From the NCBI GenBank assembly GCA_965217895.1, contig CBDCJV010000002.1, positions 4,288,001-4,352,000 on the forward strand: 64,000 nt of DNA, in the 5' to 3' direction. The position numbers and the translations under genes were made by a program. This DNA is from Waterburya sp. (lineage in GTDB: Bacteria > Cyanobacteriota > Cyanobacteriia > Cyanobacteriales > Xenococcaceae). Shown piece by piece: positions 61,065 to 64,000 of the stretch. Below the pieces are notes generated by a model. It worked only from the letters and a program-made list of their open reading frames with translations, ran no database searches and was not told where the DNA came from. The first letter of the stretch is position 1, and each line of letters opens with the position of its first letter.

Positions 61065-63287
61065 TTAATACTGTATTTTTAGCCGATCGACTTTCTTAGA
61101 GTTGAAAAACATTAAAGGTCTGAGTAAAAGCTTGAATAAGATCAAGACTGACTGTAATTCATTAGGAGTGTTGCGTATTTTCCATTGACCAGGACGGCAA
61201 TACAACATCTGAACTAATTCTCGCTGCTGCTCAATGCTTAGATTTTGGAACTTAATGACCGCTCTTAAAGAACCATCTTGGAGATAGCTACGGGTGATTT
61301 TTCCTGAGAGGAATAATATTTCTGGTATTAGTTCAACCACTACATCTGTCGCCAAGTTGGTTGTCTGTTCTAAAAATATCTCTACTCCCTCTTCTGATAT
61401 TTTTTGGGTAATTCCCTGATAGGCAAAGTTACCACTATAGATATTGACTTCTTTTTTTAAGTCAAACCATTCATAAAAACTTGGCTTCGGTAGATCCAAC
61501 AGAGTCATCATGGCAACGCTAATGGTTAGCAAATTGTAGCTACTCCAATACAAGCCTAGATTAAAACTAACGTCAGGAGGATGGAGAATATTCATGCTAA
61601 AGCTAATTAAAGTGGCAACAAATAAAATAGTCATCGGTAAAGCCAGTGACCAATTGTAGTTAAATTTGTCTCTAGCCATACCTTTGGGAGTCACTTTAAA
61701 TCCTTTGCCAAACGGACTAAACATGACCTTGAATACGGTAATAGTTACGGGGATAGCCTGAACTAGAGAATACACATCAGATAGCAATATAGAACGCGAT
61801 CGCTTGTTCATCCAAGCAAACACAGTTAGCTGCATTACGTAATAAGGCAAGAAAATATAAACAAGTTCTGATAAGCTGGCTAAAACAGGATTGACTTGGA
61901 TAAAAATACAGACTAAAGGAAAAATCAGAAAGAAAACGCGAGGAATACAGGTAAACCAGTGCAGTATGCCGTCAAAATGCCCTAGTCTTTGCCACAAATT
62001 CAAACCGCGAATAGTTAGAGGGTTGGATTTAATAAAGAAAGCCTGTAAAGTTCCTCTAACCCAGCGTAGACGTTGTTCGATATGTGCGCCAATACTTTCG
62101 GCTGACAAACCTGCACTCAGTTTTTCATCTAGATAAACTAAGTCATAACCTTTGGCAGATAATTTTATACCTGTGAAGTAATCTTCACATAATGATTCGG
62201 TAACAAAGTAACCAATTTCTTGTAAGGCTTTTCTTCTAGCAACAAAGGATGTACCCGAACAGACAACGCTACCCGTACCGTCTTTAATTGGCTGTAAATG
62301 ACGATAAAAAAGCTCTTCTTCGGAGGTTAAAACCTTTTGCAACCCAAGATTATGAGCAATCGGATCGCAGTTATAAAAGCTTTGGGGAGTTTGGACTAAA
62401 GCAACCTTGTCTTGCTGGAAAAAACCAACGGTACGTTCTAAAAAATTAGCTGTAGGTACAAAATCAGCATCAAAAACCACTACCAATTCGCCATTAGTTT
62501 TCCTCAAGGCATGATTCAAGTTACCCGCTTTGGCATGGGAATTGACAGATCGGGTGATATAGTAACAACCTAACTCTTGAGCTAAATGCCTAATGCTTTG
62601 TCTATTGGTGTCGTCGAGGACATAAATTTTTTTATGAGCATAATTTATTGCCTGACAGCCGATAATGGTTCGTTTAAGAATAAAGTCTGGCTCATTATAG
62701 GTAGGAATCAAAATATCCACGCTGGGATTGTATCTATTTTCCTTTACCGCCACGCTGTATTTATCTGCCTCAGCGTCTCTATTTTTGACAGTAAAAAGCA
62801 GCAATGCTTGTAATGCGCTGCCAGCCACTGCTAGAAACTCCATCCCTAATAGCAAAATGCTAAAGATGCCGTCTACTGGATCGGCTAGATTGAGAGTAGA
62901 AAGCGATCGCCACAAAAAGTAGCGGATAAATAATGCCAGCAGTATAGTTGCAACTAAGCGTCTTGACCAAGGTTTAGGCTGAGGAGATAACTTGATTACG
63001 ACTTGTGCCAGGAGAAATAAAACCAGGGTTGGCACTAACAAATAGTACTTATTGCTTACTTGTGGGGGATTTAACCACCTAGGAGAATTTTGTTCGACTA
63101 AGCGTAATTGAATAAATAGCTCAGTTACATGACTATTGCCTAGTAGCCAAGAAATGGCGATCGCACCTAAGCAACCCGACACAGATAAAATCAGCAAAGT
63201 GGGAATACGCAGCGGAAATCTTCTTAATGACTTCCTAGCAACGTAAACCCTTCTTTTTACTCCTGAGACTGGCTTGATGGTTTGCAT
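61065..63287 (-). CDS. Cellulose-synthase-like GT2 (BcsA family) with PilZ-like C-terminus
   Basis: PTYNE, VLDD, HAKAGNLN, FDADF, QTPQ, CED (for TED), QRLRW, FKVTPK. Confidence 0.9.
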   Translation of the reverse strand: MQTIKPVSGVKRRVYVARKSLRRFPLRIPTLLILSVSGCLGAIAISWLLGNSHVTELFIQLRLVEQNSPRWLNPPQVSNKYYLLVPTLVLFLLAQVVIKLSPQPKPWSRRLVATILLALFIRYFLWRSLSTLNLADPVDGIFSILLLGMEFLAVAGSALQALLLFTVKNRDAEADKYSVAVKENRYNPSVDILIPTYNEPDFILKRTIIGCQAINYAHKKIYVLDDTNRQSIRHLAQELGCYYITRSVNSHAKAGNLNHALRKTNGELVVVFDADFVPTANFLERTVGFFQQDKVALVQTPQSFYNCDPIAHNLGLQKVLTSEEELFYRHLQPIKDGTGSVVCSGTSFVARRKALQEIGYFVTESLCEDYFTGIKLSAKGYDLVYLDEKLSAGLSAESIGAHIEQRLRWVRGTLQAFFIKSNPLTIRGLNLWQRLGHFDGILHWFTCIPRVFFLIFPLVCIFIQVNPVLASLSELVYIFLPYYVMQLTVFAWMNKRSRSILLSDVYSLVQAIPVTITVFKVMFSPFGKGFKVTPKGMARDKFNYNWSLALPMTILFVATLISFSMNILHPPDVSFNLGLYWSSYNLLTISVAMMTLLDLPKPSFYEWFDLKKEVNIYSGNFAYQGITQKISEEGVEIFLEQTTNLATDVVVELIPEILFLSGKITRSYLQDGSLRAVIKFQNLSIEQQRELVQMLYCRPGQWKIRNTPNELQSVLILFKLLLRPLMFFNSKKVDRLKIQY

Positions 63288-64000
63288 TATTTATCAGAGT
63301 TTTTATACCTATCCAAGTAGCCACAGCTTAACAAAAGATATGTAAATTTCTCGTTAATATACAATTTTATAAAGGGTAGCTGTTGTTCACTTTATCTGGT
63401 TTTTTACTTTTTATAGTTATGGCATTAGCTAAATCTAATTAACTAAATCTTAAATGCTCGTATTTATCAAAAATTTAATCTACTTACTGCCAATTAAATT
63501 GATTTAAATATACTGATTATTAGTCGTCATTTTTAATTTTCATCTTTACAAAAACAGTTTAAAGTAATTGACACACAAGAAGCTACTTCAATCCAGACCT
63601 TAAATTAAATACAGCGTAAAATCTGAATCAATTAGTAATCTAGGTATTTAATTTTAAAAAATAAAAGCAGAAATAAATTGATATCTTTGTCACAGCTAGA
63701 CGCAATTTTTGCTGCACCTACTAACTAAAAACAACAACTATCTTGCCAGACAAGATAAATTAAAATCTAGATTATAAATTGATAGCCTATAAATATAGTC
63801 AAGTAATATATCAACTATTTTTTAGAAAACAAAATTTTAGACCAAAAAATGTGTTTTAAAATACAATTTTGTACTTGTTATTGCTTATTTAGCGACCAAT
63901 CATAATCTAAATACTTTACCTGATAGTCATTTTGTTCTATGTATTGGCGGTCTACAGAATTCAATATTGATTAACTGCTGCTACTTCTTGTGATGAAGAT

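Noticed and set aside
63288..64000. Long AT-rich terminal stretch
   Set aside because: No convincing ORF, repeat or RNA structure; probably the GT2 promoter region plus the 3' end of a gene beyond the window

Overview
Chromosomal segment of a cyanobacterium. Evidence: psbH/psbN, ldpA, fbp-tal-zwf-opcA, roughly 70 HIP1 GCGATCGC octamers by eye, and heptamer STRR repeats; the AT-rich repeat style suggests a Pleurocapsales-like lineage (inference). Most of the window is housekeeping: gap2, murC-murB-ybaB, manC, guaB3, the OPP operon, coaE, hemW, folC, a ClC channel, a thioredoxin reductase and a cellulose-synthase-like GT2. Defence and accessory loci are an MmeI-like single-chain R-M enzyme, an RHH/MazF toxin-antitoxin pair, an HTH-NB-ARC-WD40 STAND protein, Uma2/DUF29 genes (one Uma2 interrupted by a stop) and a DNA phosphorothioation locus. 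The best candidate for an undescribed system is at 53-60 kb: dndC-dndD with no adjacent dndE or dndFGH, transcribed divergently from a coupled pair encoding a split-motif GIY-YIG nuclease-like protein and a 664-aa DGQHR (DndB/ParB-like) protein. Intergenic DNA holds many MITE/REP/SDR-like elements. These include a ~200-bp element found twice, each time starting at a gene's TAA stop codon, and a palindrome inserted in frame in the R-M gene. No rRNA, tRNA or CRISPR array was seen.
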